In this document: positions 63,245 through 64,000 of the stretch, piece after piece
Numbering within the stretch: the first letter of the stretch is position 1
Layout of the letters: each line of letters opens with the position of its first letter
The notes under the pieces: generated by a model
Databases searched by the model: none
Seen by the model: only the letters and a program-made list of their open reading frames with translations
Told to the model about the DNA's origin: nothing
Source of the DNA: Mizuhopecten yessoensis
Lineage: Eukaryota
Assembly (NCBI RefSeq): GCF_002113885.1
Contig: NW_018408886.1
Span: forward strand, 154,482-218,481
Reading direction: 5' to 3'
Length of the DNA stretch: 64,000 nucleotides
Made by a program: the position numbers and the translations under genes

Positions 63245-63335
63245 TTTACCCTTTCACCCCTATGTTACTTTAGTAAACTCTTCTATGCATTGATCTGGAT
63301 TAGTCTATTTTGATTTACAGTGGTGAAAGGGTTCA
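63245..63335. mobile_element. TTAA MITE family A (reverse orientation, diverged)
   Basis: ccctttcacccctatg...gtggtgaaaggg. Confidence 0.85.
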
Positions 63336-63501
63336 AATTGTTTGTACCATGAAAAAGCTAGTCTGACTTTTATCATGTACCAAATGGTAAGATCTTTTGT
63401 TATCTATGATAAAAGGACGGAGGTTTTTTATGTTTGTCTGTCTTTACTCCTAAAAATGTTTCATTTATTGTATCTAAAAGAAAACAAGTCTGTCAAGTGT
63501 C

Positions 63502-63742
63502 AACATATTAAAACTATAGGTTTTCTTTGTCGACATATTAAAACTAAAGGTTTTCTTTGTGCACATATTAAAACTACAGGTTTTCTTTGTGAACCCATAA
63601 CCACGGATAATAATCTCAATGGACATATTAAAACTAAAGGTTTTCTTTGTGCACATATTAAAACTACAGGTTTTCTTTGTGAACATATGAAAACTACAGG
63701 TTTTCTTTGTCGACATATTAAAACTACAGGTTTTCTTTGTAT
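63502..63742. repeat. 30-bp tandem repeat, ~7 copies
   Basis: acatattaaaactacaggttttctttgt; interrupted by cccataaccacggataataat, a fragment of the CORE-SINE tail. Confidence 0.9.
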
Positions 63743-64000
63743 GTGTATTTAAACTTTATATTTGTATGTCCCAGGTCATTTCACCCAAACAAAACCACTT
63801 TTTTTACAATTTTTTTTTTTTTTTTTTTTTATATTTGTCCGAGTACATGTTAATTGAGGAATGTTTATATTTTTTGTTGTCTTTCAAGCCGTGTTTATGA
63901 GTAATTACTAGGATATCCTCATGAACTTCACTGTATTTCATAAGATGGGTATTCCAGCTTAGTCTGGGAGGCAAGTAGATTGTTAATTTGAATATATTTC

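Overview
AT-rich animal genomic DNA, dense in short satellites, MITEs and SINEs; a bivalve mollusc is my best guess. It holds two + strand genes. (1) The last coding exon (whole MH2 domain, 23990-24528) of an inhibitory Smad (Smad6/7); no other Smad exon is visible in the 24 kb upstream. (2) A complete dymeclin (DYM) gene: a putative promoter and non-coding exon near 38.9-39.06 kb, then 15 coding exons (42917-60773) that splice in frame to 2049 nt (682 aa). Smad6/7 next to DYM recalls the human SMAD7-DYM neighbourhood. The most striking pattern is tandem repeats built from DYM's own splice sites and exon sequence: 12 copies of the first coding-exon acceptor with a uORF in each unit, a donor array, a 58-bp acceptor duplication and an exon-derived intronic satellite. 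Mobile elements include tRNA-bearing solo-LTR-like elements with 4-bp TSDs (Helenus-like), two fixed-length TTAA MITE families, CORE/V/Meta-type SINEs, a 9-bp-TSD MITE nested in a SINE and a 1.8-kb fold-back element. Almost all long ORFs in the supplied track are satellite artefacts. All coordinates and counts were read by eye.
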